Source of the DNA: Auanema rhodensis
Lineage: Eukaryota > Animalia > Nematoda
Direction: 5' to 3'
DNA: 64,000 nucleotides
NCBI GenBank assembly: GCA_964057225.1
Contig: OZ059894.1
Coordinates: 20,522,001-20,586,000 of the forward strand
The notes beneath the pieces were generated by a model that saw only the letters and a program-made list of their open reading frames with translations, was not told the DNA's origin and searched no databases. The translations under genes were made by a program, and so were the position numbers. Below are positions 27,201-40,500 of this stretch, piece after piece. Every line of letters begins with the position of its first letter. Position 1 is the first letter of the stretch.

Positions 27201-30200
27201 AGCTAGCGCAAATCTGATAACACAGATCGACGCAGCTTAAAAATCCGCATCGAATGCACTATACTACATTGAGAAACGCTTAATACAAAAATTAGTTATG
27301 ATCGTTTGAAAAATGATGCATTAGTGTATGTTGAGTTTCCATGTACACTCAATATTGCTTCCAAAAACATTTTGACAAAAATTTTTTCGAAAAATTTCAA
27401 AATAAATTAGCAAAAAGTAGATGTTTTTAGATTTCTTTTTTTAAGGCAAAGACGATGGACAATGTTATTCAACGAAAAAATTAATTCTTCAGGGTGAAAA
27501 TCGAGGATATAAGTGTGAACTTATATCAGTTGATATCTCGGTGCATTTTTAAGCTAGCGCAAATCTGATAACACAGAACGACGCAGCTTAAAAATTTGCA
27601 TCGAATGCACTATACTACATTGAGAAACGCTTAATACAAAAATTAGTTATGATCGTTTGAAAAATGATGCATTAGTGTATGTTGAGTTTCCATGTACACT
27701 CAACATTGCTTCCAAAAACATTTTGACAAAAATTTTTTCGAAAAATTTCAAAATAAATTAGCAAAAAGTAGATGTTTTTAGATTCCTTTTTTTAAGGCAA
27801 AGACGATGGACAATGTTATTCAACGAAAAAATTAATTCTTCAGGGTGAAAATCGAGGATATAAGTGTGAACTTATATCAGTTGATATCTCGGTGCATTTT
27901 TAAGCTAGCGCAAATCTGATAACACAGATCGACGCAGCTTAAAAATCCGCATCGAATGCTTTATACTACATTGAGAAACGCTTAATACAAAAATTAGTTA
28001 TGATCGTTTGAAAAATGATGCATTAGTTTATGTTGAGTTTCCATGTACACTCAATATTGCTTCGAAAAACATTTTGACAAAAATTTTTTCGAAAAATTTC
28101 AACATAAATTAGCAAAAAGTAGATGTTTTTAGATTCCTTTTTTCAAGGCAAAGACGATGGACAATGTTATTCAACGAAAAAATTAATTCTTCAGGGTGAA
28201 AATCGAGGATATAAGTGTGAACTTATATCAGTTGATATCTCGGTGCATTTTTAAGCTAGCGCAAATCTGATACCACAGATCGACGCAGCTTAAAAATCCG
28301 CATCGAATGCACTATACTACATTGAGAAACGCTTAATACGAAAATTAGTTATGATCGTTTGAAAAATGATGCATTACTGTATGTTGAGTTTCCATGTACA
28401 CTCAACATTGCTTCCAAAAACATTTTGACAAAAATTTTTTCGAAAAATTTCAAAATAATTTAGCAAAAAGTAGATGTTTTTAGATTCCTTCTTTCAAGGC
28501 AAAGACGATGGACAATGTTATTCAACGAAAAAAATAATTCTTCAGGGTGAAAATCGAGGATATAAGTGTGAACTTATATCAGTTGATATCTCGGTGCATT
28601 TTTAAGCTAGCGCAAATCTGATACCACAGATCGACGCAGCTTAAAAATCCGCATCGAATGCACTATACTACATTGAGAAACGCTTAATACGAAAATTAGT
28701 TATGATCGTTTGAAAAATGATGCATTACTGTATGTTGAGTTTCCATGTACACTCAACATTGCTTCCAAAAACATTTTGACAAAAATTTTTTCGAAAAATT
28801 TCAAAATAAATTAGCAAAAAGTAGATGTTTTTAGATTCCTTTTTTCAAGGCAAAGACGATGGACAATGTTATTCAACGAAAAAAATAATTCTTCAGGGTG
28901 AAAATCGAGGATATAAGTGTGAACTTATATCAGTTGATATCTCGGTGCATTTTTAAGCTAGCGCAAATCTGATACCACAGATCGACGCAGCTTAAAAATC
29001 CGCATCGAATGCACTATACTACATTGAGAAACGCTTAATACGAAAATTAGTTATGATCGTTTGAAAAATGATGCATTACTGTATGTTGAGTTTCCATGTA
29101 CACTCAACATTGCTTCCAAAAACATTTTGACAAAAATTTTTTCGAAAAATTTCAAAACAATTTAGCAAAAAGTAGATGTTTTTAGATTCCTTTTTTCAAG
29201 GTAAAGACGATGGACAATGTTATTCAACGAAAAAATTAACTCTTCAGGGTGAAAATCGAGGATATAAGTGTGAACTTATATCAGTTGATATCTCGGTGCA
29301 TTTTTAAGCTAGCGCAAATCTGATAACACAGATCGACGCAGCTTAAAAATCCGCATCGAATGCACTATACTACATTGAGAAACGCTTAATACAAAAATTA
29401 GTTATGATCGTTTGAAAAATGATGCATTAGTGTATGTTGAGTTTCCATGTACACTCAACATTGCTTCCAAAAACATTTTGACAAAAATTTTTTCGAAACA
29501 TTTCAAAATAATTCAGCAAAAAGTAGATGTTTTTAGATTTCTTTTTTCAAGGCAAAGACGATGGACAATGTTATTCAACGAAAAAATTAACTCTTCAGGG
29601 TGAAAATCGAGGATATAAGTGTGAACTTATATCAGTTGATATCTCGGTGCATTTTTAAGCTAGCGCAAATCTGATAACACAGATCGACGCAGCTTAAAAA
29701 TCCGCATCGAATGCACTATACTACATTGAGAAACGCTTAATACAAAAATTAGTTATGATCGTTTGAAAAATGATGCATTAGTGTATGTTGAGTTTCCATG
29801 TACACTCAACATTGCTTCCAAAAACATTTTGACAAAAATTTTTTCGAAACATTTCAAAATAATTCAGCAAAAAGTAGATGTTTTTAGATTCCTTTTTTCA
29901 AGGCAAAGACGATGGACAATGTTATTCAACGAAAAAATTAACTCTTCAGGGTGAAAATCGAGGATATAAGTGTGAACTTATATCAGTTGATATCTCGGTG
30001 CATTTTTAAGCTAGCGCAAATCTGATAACACAGATCGACGCAGCTTAAAAATCCGCATCGAATGCACTATACTACATTGAGAAACGCTTAATACAAAAAT
30101 TAGTTATGATCGTTTGAAAAATGATGCATTAGTGTATGTTGAGTTTCCATGTACACTCAACATTGCTTCCAAAAACATTTTGACAAAAATTTTTTCGAAA

Positions 30201-30536
30201 CATTTCAAAATAATTCAGCAAAAAGTAGATGTTTTTAGATTCCTTTTTTCAAGGCAAAGACGATGGACAATGTTATTCAACGAAAAAATTAACTCTTCAG
30301 GGTGAAAATCGAGGATATAAGTGTGAACTTATATCAGTTGATATCTCGGTGCATTTTTAAGCTAGCGCAAATCTGATAACACAGATCGACGCAGCTTAAA
30401 AATCCGCATCGAATGCACTATACTACATTGAGAAACGCTTAATACAAAAATTAGTTATGATCGTTTGAAAAATGATGCATTAGTGTATGTTGAGTTTCCA
30501 TGTACACTCAACATTGCTTCCAAAAACATTTTGACA
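24219..30536. repeat. 9-monomer higher-order repeat (3159 bp), two tandem copies
   Basis: 24219-27377 and 27378-30536 share ordered variants, including the rare AATTTGC and the GATTTC+ATTCAG combination. The ORF triplets 26253/26604/26955 and 29412/29763/30114 are offset by exactly 3159. Confidence 0.9.
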
Positions 30537-33344
30537 AAAATTTTTTCGAAACATTTCAAAATAATTCAGCAAAAAGTAGATGTTTTTAGATTCCTTTTTT
30601 CAAGGCAAAGACGATGGACAATGTTATTCAACGAAAAAATTAACTCTTCAGGGTGAAAATCGAGGATATAAGTGTGAACTTATATCAGTTGATATCTCGG
30701 TGCATTTTTAAGCTAGCGCAAATCTGATAACACAGATCGACGCAGCTTAAAAATCCGCATCGAATGCACTATACTACATTGAGAAACGCTTAATACAAAA
30801 ATTAGTTATGATCGTTTGAAAAATGATGCATTAGTGTATGTTGAGTTTCCATGTACACTCAACATTGCTTCCAAAAACATTTTGACAAAAATTTTTTCGA
30901 AAAATTTCAAAATAATTTAGCAAAAAGTAGATGTTTTTAGATTCCTATTTTCAAAGTAAAGACGATGGACAATGTTATTCAACGAAAAAATTAACTCTTC
31001 AGGGTGAAAATCGAGGATATAAGTGTGAACTTATATCAGTTGATATCTCGGTGCATTTTTAAGCTAGCGCAAATCTGATAACACAGATCGACGCAGCTTA
31101 AAAATCCGCATCGAATGCACTATACTACATTGAGAAACGCTTAATACAAAAATTAGTTATGATCGTTTGAAAAATGATGCATTAGTGTATGTTGAGTTTC
31201 CATGTACACTCAACATTGCTTCCAAAAACATTTTGACAAAAATTTTTTCGAAAAATTTCAAAATAATTTAGCAAAAAGTAGATGTTTTTAGATTCCTTCT
31301 TTCAAGGCAAAGACGATGGACAATGTTATTCAACGAAAAAAATAATTCTTCAGGGTGAAAATCGAGGATATAAGTGTGAACTTATATCAGTTGATATCTC
31401 GGTGCATTTTTAAGCTAGCGCAAATCTGATAACACAGATCGACGCAGCTTAAAAATCCGCATCGAATGCACTATACTACATTGAGAAACGCTTAATACAA
31501 AAATTAGTTATGATCGTTTGAAAAATGATGCATTAGTGTATGTTGAGTTTCCATGTACACTCAACATTGCTTCCAAAAACATTTTGACAAAAATTTTTTC
31601 GAAAAATTTCAAAATAATTTAGCAAAAAGTAGATGTTTTTAGATTCCTTCTTTCAAGGCAAAGACGATGGACAATGTTATTCAACGAAAAAAATAATTCT
31701 TCAGGGTGAAAATCGAGGATATAAGTGTGAACTTATATCAGTTGATATCTCGGTGCATTTTTAAGCTAGCGCAAATCTGATAACACAGATCGACGCAGCT
31801 TAAAAATCCGCATCGAATGCACTATACTACATTGAGAAACGCTTAATACAAAAATTAGTTATGATCGTTTGAAAAATGATGCATTAGTGTATGTTGAGTT
31901 TCCATGTACACTCAACATTGCTTCCAAAAACATTTTGACAAAAATTTTTTCGAAAAATTTCAAAATAATTTAGCAAAAAGTAGATGTTTTTAGATTCCTT
32001 TTTTCAAGGTAAAGACGATGGACAATGTTATTCAACGAAAAAAATAATTCTTCAGGGTGAAAATCGAGGATATAAGTGTGAACTTATATCAGTTGATATC
32101 TCGGTGCATTTTTAAGCTAGCGCAAATCTGATAACACAGATCGACGCAGCTTAAAAATCCGCATCGAATGCACTATACTACATTGAGAAACGCTTAATAC
32201 AAAAATTAGTTATGATCGTTTGAAAAATGATGCATTAGTGTATGTTGAGTTTCCATGTACACTCAACATTGCTTCCAAAAACATTTTGACAAAAATTTTT
32301 TCGAAAAATTTCAAAATAATTTAGCAAAAAGTAGATGTTTTTAGATTCCTATTTTCAAAGTAAAGACGATGGACAATGTTATTCAACGAAAAAATTAACT
32401 CTTCAGGGTGAAAATCGAGGATATAAGTGTGAACTTATATCAGTTGATATCTCGGTGCATTTTTAAGCTAGCGCAAATCTGATAACACAGATCGACGCAG
32501 CTTAAAAATCCGCATCGAATGCACTATACTACATTGAGAAACGCTTAATAAAAAAATTAGTTATGATCGTTTGAAAAATGATGCATTAGTGTATGTTGAG
32601 TTTCCATGTACACTCAACATTGCTTCCAAAAACATTTTGACAAAAATTTTTTCGAAAAATTTCAAAATAATTTAGCAAAAAGTAGATGTTTTTAGATTCC
32701 TTTTTTCAAGGTAAAGACGATGGACAATGTTATTCAACGAAAAAATTAACTCTTCAGGGTGAAAATCGAGGATATAAGTGTGAACTTATATCAGTTGATA
32801 TCTCGGTGCATTTTTAAGCTAGCGCAAATCTGATAACACAGATCGACGCAGCTTAAAAATCCGCATCGAATGCACTATACTACATTGAGAAACGCTTAAT
32901 ACAAAAATTAGTTATGATCGTTTGAAAAATGATGCATTAGTGTATGTTGAGTTTCCATGTACACTCAACATTGCTTCCAAAAACATTTTGACAAAAATTT
33001 TTTCGAAAAATTTCAAAATAATTTAGCAAAAAGTAGATGTTTTTAGATTCCTATTTTCAAAGTAAAGACGATGGACAATGTTATTCAACGAAAAAATTAA
33101 CTCTTCAGGGTGAAAATCGAGGATATAAGTGTGAACTTATATCAGTTGATATCTCGGTGCATTTTTAAGCTAGCGCAAATCTGATAACACAGATCGACGC
33201 AGCTTAAAAATCCGCATCGAATGCACTATACTACATTGAGAAACGCTTAATAAAAAAATTAGTTATGATCGTTTGAAAAATGATGCATTAGTGTATGTTG
33301 AGTTTCCATGTACACTCAACATTGCTTCCAAAAACATTTTGACA

Positions 33345-36300
33345 AAAATTTTTTCGAAAAATTTCAAAATAATTTAGCAAAAAGTAGATGTTTTTAGATT
33401 CCTTCTTTCAAGGCAAAGACGATGGACAATGTTATTCAACGAAAAAAATAATTCTTCAGGGTGAAAATCGAGGATATAAGTGTGAACTTATATCAGTTGA
33501 TATCTCGGTGCATTTTTAAGCTAGCGCAAATCTGATAACACAGATCGACGCAGCTTAAAAATCCGCATCGAATGCACTATACTACATTGAGAAACGCTTA
33601 ATACAAAAATTAGTTATGATCGTTTGAAAAATGATGCATTAGTGTATGTTGAGTTTCCATGTACACTCAACATTGCTTCCAAAAACATTTTGACAAAAAT
33701 TTTTTCGAAAAATTTCAAAATAATTTAGCAAAAAGTAGATGTTTTTAGATTCCTTTTTTCAAGGCAAAGACGATGGACAATGTTATTCAACGAAAAAAAT
33801 AATTCTTCAGGGTGAAAATCGAGGATATAAGTGTGAACTTATATCAGTTGATATCTCGGTGCATTTTTAAGCTAGCGCAAATCTGATAACCCAGATCGAC
33901 GCAGCTTAAAAATCCGCATCGAATGCACTGTACTACATTGAGAAACGCTTAATACAAAAATTAGTTATGATCGTTTGAAAAATGATGCATTAGTGTATGT
34001 TGAGTTTCCATGTACACTCAACATTGCTTCCAAAAACATTTTGACAAAAATTTTTTCGAAAAATTTCAAAACAATTTAGCAAAAAGTAGATGTTTTTAGA
34101 TTCCTTTTTTCAAGGTAAAGACGATGGACAATGTTATTCAACGAAAAAATTAACTCTTCAGGGTGAAAATCGAGGATATAAGTGTGAACTTATATCAGTT
34201 GATATCTCGGTGCATTTTTAAGCTAGCGCAAATCTGATAACACAGATCGACGCAGCTTAAAAATCCGCATCGAATGCACTATACTACATTGAGAAACGCT
34301 TAATACAAAAATTAGTTATGATCGTTTGAAAAATGATGCATTAGTGTATGTTGAGTTTCCATGTACACTCAACATTGCTTCCAAAAACATTTTGACAAAA
34401 ATTTTTTCGAAACATTTCAAAATAATTCAGCAAAAAGTAGATGTTTTTAGATTCCTTTTTTCAAGGCAAAGACGATGGACAATGTTATTCAACGAAAAAA
34501 TTAACTCTTCAGGGTGAAAATCGAGGATATAAGTGTGAACTTATATCAGTTGATATCTCGGTGCATTTTTAAGCTAGCGCAAATCTGATAACACAGATCG
34601 ACGCAGCTTAAAAATCCGCATCGAATGCACTATACTACATTGAGAAACGCTTAATACAAAAATTAGTTATGATCGTTTGAAAAATGATGCATTAGTGTAT
34701 GTTGAGTTTCCATGTACACTCAACATTGCTTCCAAAAACATTTTGACAAAAATTTTTTCGAAAAATTTCAAAATAATTTAGCAAAAAGTATATGTTTTTA
34801 GATTCCTTTTTTCAAGGCAAAGAGGATGGACAATGTTATTCAACGAAAAAAATAATTCTTCTGGGTGAAAATCGAGGATATAAGTGTGAACTTATATCAG
34901 TTGATATCTCGGTGCATTTTTAAGCTAGCGCAAATCTGATAACCCAGATCGACGCAGCTTAAAAATCCGCATCGAATGCACTGTACTACATTGAGAAACG
35001 CTCAATACAAAAATTAGTTATGATCGTTTGAAAAATGATGCATTAGTGTATGTTGAGTTTCCATGTACACTCAACATTGCTTCCAAAAACATTTTGACAA
35101 AAATTTTTTCGAAAAATTTCAAAATAATTTAGCAAAAAGTAGATGTTTTTAGATTCCTTTTTTCAAGGTAAAGACGATGGACAACGTTATTCAACGAAAA
35201 AAATAACTCTTCAGGGTGAAAATCGAGGATATAAGTGTGAACTTATATCAGTTGATATCTCGGTGCATTTTTAAGCTAGCGCAAATCTGATAACACAGAT
35301 CGACGCAGCTTAAAAATCCGCATCGAATGCACTATACTACATTGAGAAACGCTTAATAAAAAAATTAGTTATGATCGTTTGAAAAATGATGCATTAGTGT
35401 ATGTTGAGTTTCCATGTACACTCAACATTGCTTCCAAAAACATTTTGACAAAAATTTTTTCGAAAAATTTCAAAATAATTTAGCAAAAAGTAGATGTTTT
35501 TAGATTCCTTCTTTCAAGGCAAAGACGATGGACAATGTTATTCAACGAAAAAAATAATTCTTCAGGGTGAAAATCGAGGATATAAGTGTGAACTTATATC
35601 AGTTGATATCTCGGTGCATTTTTAAGCTAGCGCAAATCTGATAACACAGATCGACGCAGCTTAAAAATCCGCATCGAATGCACTATACTACATTGAGAAA
35701 CGCTTAATACAAAAATTAGTTATGATCGTTTGAAAAATGATGCATTAGTGTATGTTGAGTTTCCATGTACACTCAACATTGCTTCCAAAAACATTTTGAC
35801 AAAAATTTTTTCGAAAAATTTCAAAATAATTTAGCAAAAAGTAGATGTTTTTAGATTCCTTTTTTCAAGGCAAAGACGATGGACAATGTTATTCAACGAA
35901 AAAAATAATTCTTCAGGGTGAAAATCGAGGATATAAGTGTGAACTTATATCAGTTGATATCTCGGTGCATTTTTAAGCTAGCGCAAATCTGATAACCCAG
36001 ATCGACGCAGCTTAAAAATCCGCATCGAATGCACTGTACTACATTGAGAAACGCTTAATACAAAAATTAGTTATGATCGTTTGAAAAATGATGCATTAGT
36101 GTATGTTGAGTTTCCATGTACACTCAACATTGCTTCCAAAAACATTTTGACAAAAATTTTTTCGAAAAATTTCAAAACAATTTAGCAAAAAGTAGATGTT
36201 TTTAGATTCCTTTTTTCAAGGTAAAGACGATGGACAATGTTATTCAACGAAAAAATTAACTCTTCAGGGTGAAAATCGAGGATATAAGTGTGAACTTATA

Positions 36301-37556
36301 TCAGTTGATATCTCGGTGCATTTTTAAGCTAGCGCAAATCTGATAACACAGATCGACGCAGCTTAAAAATCCGCATCGAATGCACTATACTACATTGAGA
36401 AACGCTTAATACAAAAATTAGTTATGATCGTTTGAAAAATGATGCATTAGTGTATGTTGAGTTTCCATGTACACTCAACATTGCTTCCAAAAACATTTTG
36501 ACAAAAATTTTTTCGAAACATTTCAAAATAATTCAGCAAAAAGTAGATGTTTTTAGATTCCTTTTTTCAAGGCAAAGACGATGGACAATGTTATTCAACG
36601 AAAAAATTAACTCTTCAGGGTGAAAATCGAGGATATAAGTGTGAACTTATATCAGTTGATATCTCGGTGCATTTTTAAGCTAGCGCAAATCTGATAACAC
36701 AGATCGACGCAGCTTAAAAATCCGCATCGAATGCACTATACTATATTGAGAAACGCTTAATACAAAAATTAGTTATGATCGTTTGAAAAATGATGCATTA
36801 GTGTATGTTGAGTTTCCATGTACACTCAACATTGCTTCCAAAAACATTTTGACAAAAATTTTTTCGAAAAATTTCAAAATAATTTAGCAAAAAGTATATG
36901 TTTTTAGATTCCTTTTTTCAAGGCAAAGAGGATGGACAATGTTATTCAACGAAAAAAATAATTCTTCAGGGTGAAAATCGAGGATATAAGTGTGAACTTA
37001 TATCAGTTGATATCTCGGTGCATTTTTAAGCTAGCGCAAATCTGATAACCCAGATCGACGCAGCTTAAAAATCCGCATCGAATGCACTGTACTACATTGA
37101 GAAACGCTCAATACAAAAATTAGTTATGATCGTTTGAAAAATGATGCATTAGTGTATGTTGAGTTTCCATGTACACTCAACATTGCTTCCAAAAACATTT
37201 TGACAAAAATTTTTTCGAAAAATTTCAAAATAATTTAGCAAAAAGTAGATGTTTTTAGATTCCTTTTTTCAAGGTAAAGACGATGGACAACGTTATTCAA
37301 CGAAAAAAATAACTCTTCAGGGTGAAAATCGAGGATATAAGTGTGAACTTATATCAGTTGATATCTCGGTGCATTTTTAAGCTAGCGCAAATCTGATAAC
37401 ACAGATCGACGCAGCTTAAAAATCCGCATCGAATGCACTATACTACATTGAGAAACGCTTAATACAAAAATTAGTTATGATCGTTTGAAAAATGATGCAT
37501 TAGTGTATGTTGAGTTTCCATGTACACTCAACATTGCTTCCAAAAACATTTTGACA
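33345..37556. repeat. 6-monomer higher-order repeat (2106 bp), two tandem copies
   Basis: 33345-35450 and 35451-37556 have the same type order. ORFs 34326 and 36432, and the A260 markers at 33253 and 35359, are 2106 bp apart. Confidence 0.85.
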
Positions 37557-40500
37557 AAAAGTTTTTCGAAAAATTTCAAAACAATTTAGCAAAAAGTAGA
37601 TGTTTTTAGATTCCTTTTTTCAAGGTAAAGACGATGGACAATGTTATTCAACGAAAAAATTAACTCTTCAGGGTGAAAATCGAGGATATAAGTGTGAACT
37701 TATATCAGTTGATATCTCGGTGCATTTTTAAGCTAGCGCAAATCTGATAACTCAGATCGACGCAGCTTAAAAATCCGCATCGAATGCACTGTACTACATT
37801 GAGAAACGCTTAATACAAAAATTAGTTATGATCGTTTGAAAAATGATGCATTAGTGTATGTTGAGTTTCCATGTACACTCAACATTGCTTCCAAAAACAT
37901 TTTGACAAAAATTTTTTCGAAAAATTTCAAAATAATTTAGCAAAAAGTAGATGTTTTTAGATTCCTTTTTTCAAGGCAAAGACGATGGACAATGTTATTC
38001 AACGAAAAAAATAATTCTTCAGGGTGAAAATCGAGGATATAAGTGTGAACTTATATCAGTTGATATCTCGGTGCATTTTTAAGCTAGCGCAAATCTGATA
38101 ACCCAGATCGACGCAGCTTAAAAATCCGCATCGAATGCACTGTACTACATTGAGAAACGATCAATACAAAAATTAGTTATGATCGTTTGAAAAATGATGC
38201 ATTAGTGTATGTTGAGTTTCCATGTACACTCAACATTGCTTCCAAAAACATTTTGACAAAAATTTTTTCGAAAAATTTCAAAATAATTTAGCAAAAAGTA
38301 GATGTTTTTAGATTCCTTTTTTCAAGGTAAAGACGATGGACAATGTTATTCAACGAAAAAATCAACTCTTCAGGGTGAAAATCGAGGATATAAGTGTGAA
38401 CTTATATCAGTTGATATCTCGGTGCATTTTTAAGCTAGCGCAAATCTGATAACACAGATCGACGCAGCTTAAAAATCCGCATCGAATGCACTATACTACA
38501 TTGAGAAACGCTTAATACAAAAATTAGTTATGATCGTTTGAAAAATGATGCATTAGTGTATGTTGAGTTTCCATGTACACTCAACATTGCTTCCAAAAAC
38601 ATTTTGACAAAAATTTTTTCGAAAAATTTCAAAACAATTTAGCAGAAAGTAGATGTTTTTAGATTCCTTTTTTCAAGGTAAAGACGATGGACAATGTTAT
38701 TCAAGGAAAAAATTAACTCTTCAGGGTGAAAATCGAGGATATAAGTGTGAACTTATATCAGTTGATATCTCGGTGCATTTTTAAGCTAGCGCAAATCTGA
38801 TAACTCAGATCGACGCAGCTTAAAAATCCGCATCGAATGCACTGTACTACATTAAGAAACGCTTAATACAAAAATTAGTTATGATCGTTTGAAAAATGAT
38901 GCATTAGTGTATGTTGAGTTTCCATGTACACTCAACATTGCTTCCAAAAACATTTTGACAAAAATTTTTTCGAAAAATTTCAAAACAATTTAGCAGAAAG
39001 TAGATGTTTTTAGATTCCTTTTTTCAAGGTAAAGACGATGGACAATGTTATTCAACGAAAAAATTAACTCTTCAGGGTGAAAATCGAGGATATAAGTGTG
39101 AACTTATATCAGTTGATATCTCGGTGCATTTTTAAGCTAGCGCAAATCTGATAACTCAGATCGACGCAGCTTAAAAATCCGCATCGAATGCACTGTACTA
39201 CATTGAGAAACGCTTAATACAAAAATTAGTTATGATCGTTTGAAAAATGATGCATTAGTGTATGTTGAGTTTCCATGTACACTCAACATTGCTTCCAAAA
39301 ACATTTTGACAAAAATTTTTTCGAAAAATTTCAAAATAATTTAGCAAGAAGTATATGTTTTTAGATTCCTTTTTTCAAGGCAAAGAGGATGGACAATGTT
39401 ATTCAACGAAAAAAATAATTCTTCAGGGTGAAAATCGAGGATATAAGTGTGAACTTATATCAGTTGATATCTCGGTGCATTTTTAAGCTAGCGCAAATCT
39501 GATAACCCAGATCGACGCAGCTTAAAAATCCGCATCGAATGCACTGTACTACATTGAGAAACGCTCAATACAAAAATTAGTTATGATCGTTTGAAAAATG
39601 ATGCATTAGTGTATGTTGAGTTTCCATGTACACTCAACATTGCTTCCAAAAACATTTTGACAAAAATTTTTTCGAAAAATTTCAAAATAATTTAGCAAAA
39701 AGTAGATGTTTTTAGATTCCTTTTTTCAAGGTAAAGACGATGGACAACGTTATTCAACGAAAAAAATAACTCTTCAGGGTGAAAATCGAGGATATAAGTG
39801 TGAACTTATATCAGTTGATATCTCGGTGCATTTTTAAGCTAGCGCAAATCTGATAACACAGATCGACGCAGCTTAAAAATCCGCATCGAATGCACTATAC
39901 TACATTGAGAAACGCTTAATACAAAAATTAGTTATGATCGTTTGAAAAATGATGCATTAGTGTATGTTGAGTTTCCATGTACACTCAACATTGCTTCCAA
40001 AAACATTTTGACAAAAAGTTTTTCGAAAAATTTCAAAACAATTTAGCAAAAAGTAGATGTTTTTGATTCCTTTTTTCAAGGTAAAGACGATGGACAATGT
40101 TATTCAACGAAAAAATTAACTCTTCAGGGTGAAAATCGAGGATATAAGTGTGAACTTATATCAGTTGATATCTCGGTGCATTTTTAAGCTAGCGCAAATC
40201 TGATAACTCAGATCGACGCAGCTTAAAAATCCGCATCGAATGCACTGTACTACATTGAGAAACGCTTAATACAAAAATTAGTTATGATCGTTTGAAAAAT
40301 GATGCATTAGTGTATGTTGAGTTTCCATGTACACTCAACATTGCTTCCAAAAACATTTTGACAAAAATTTTTTCGAAAAATTTCAAAATAATTTAGCAAA
40401 AAGTAGATGTTTTCAGATTCCTTTTTTCAAGGTAAAGACGATGGACAACGTTATTCAACGAAAAAAATAACTCTTCAGGGTGAAAATCGAGGATATAAGT

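Noticed and set aside
16425-36623. Sixteen 63-aa ORFs as a tandem protein-coding gene family
   Set aside because: They start at TTG, depend on a single SNV, and have TAG at codon 35 in about 90% of monomers. I see no recognisable domain or expression signals.
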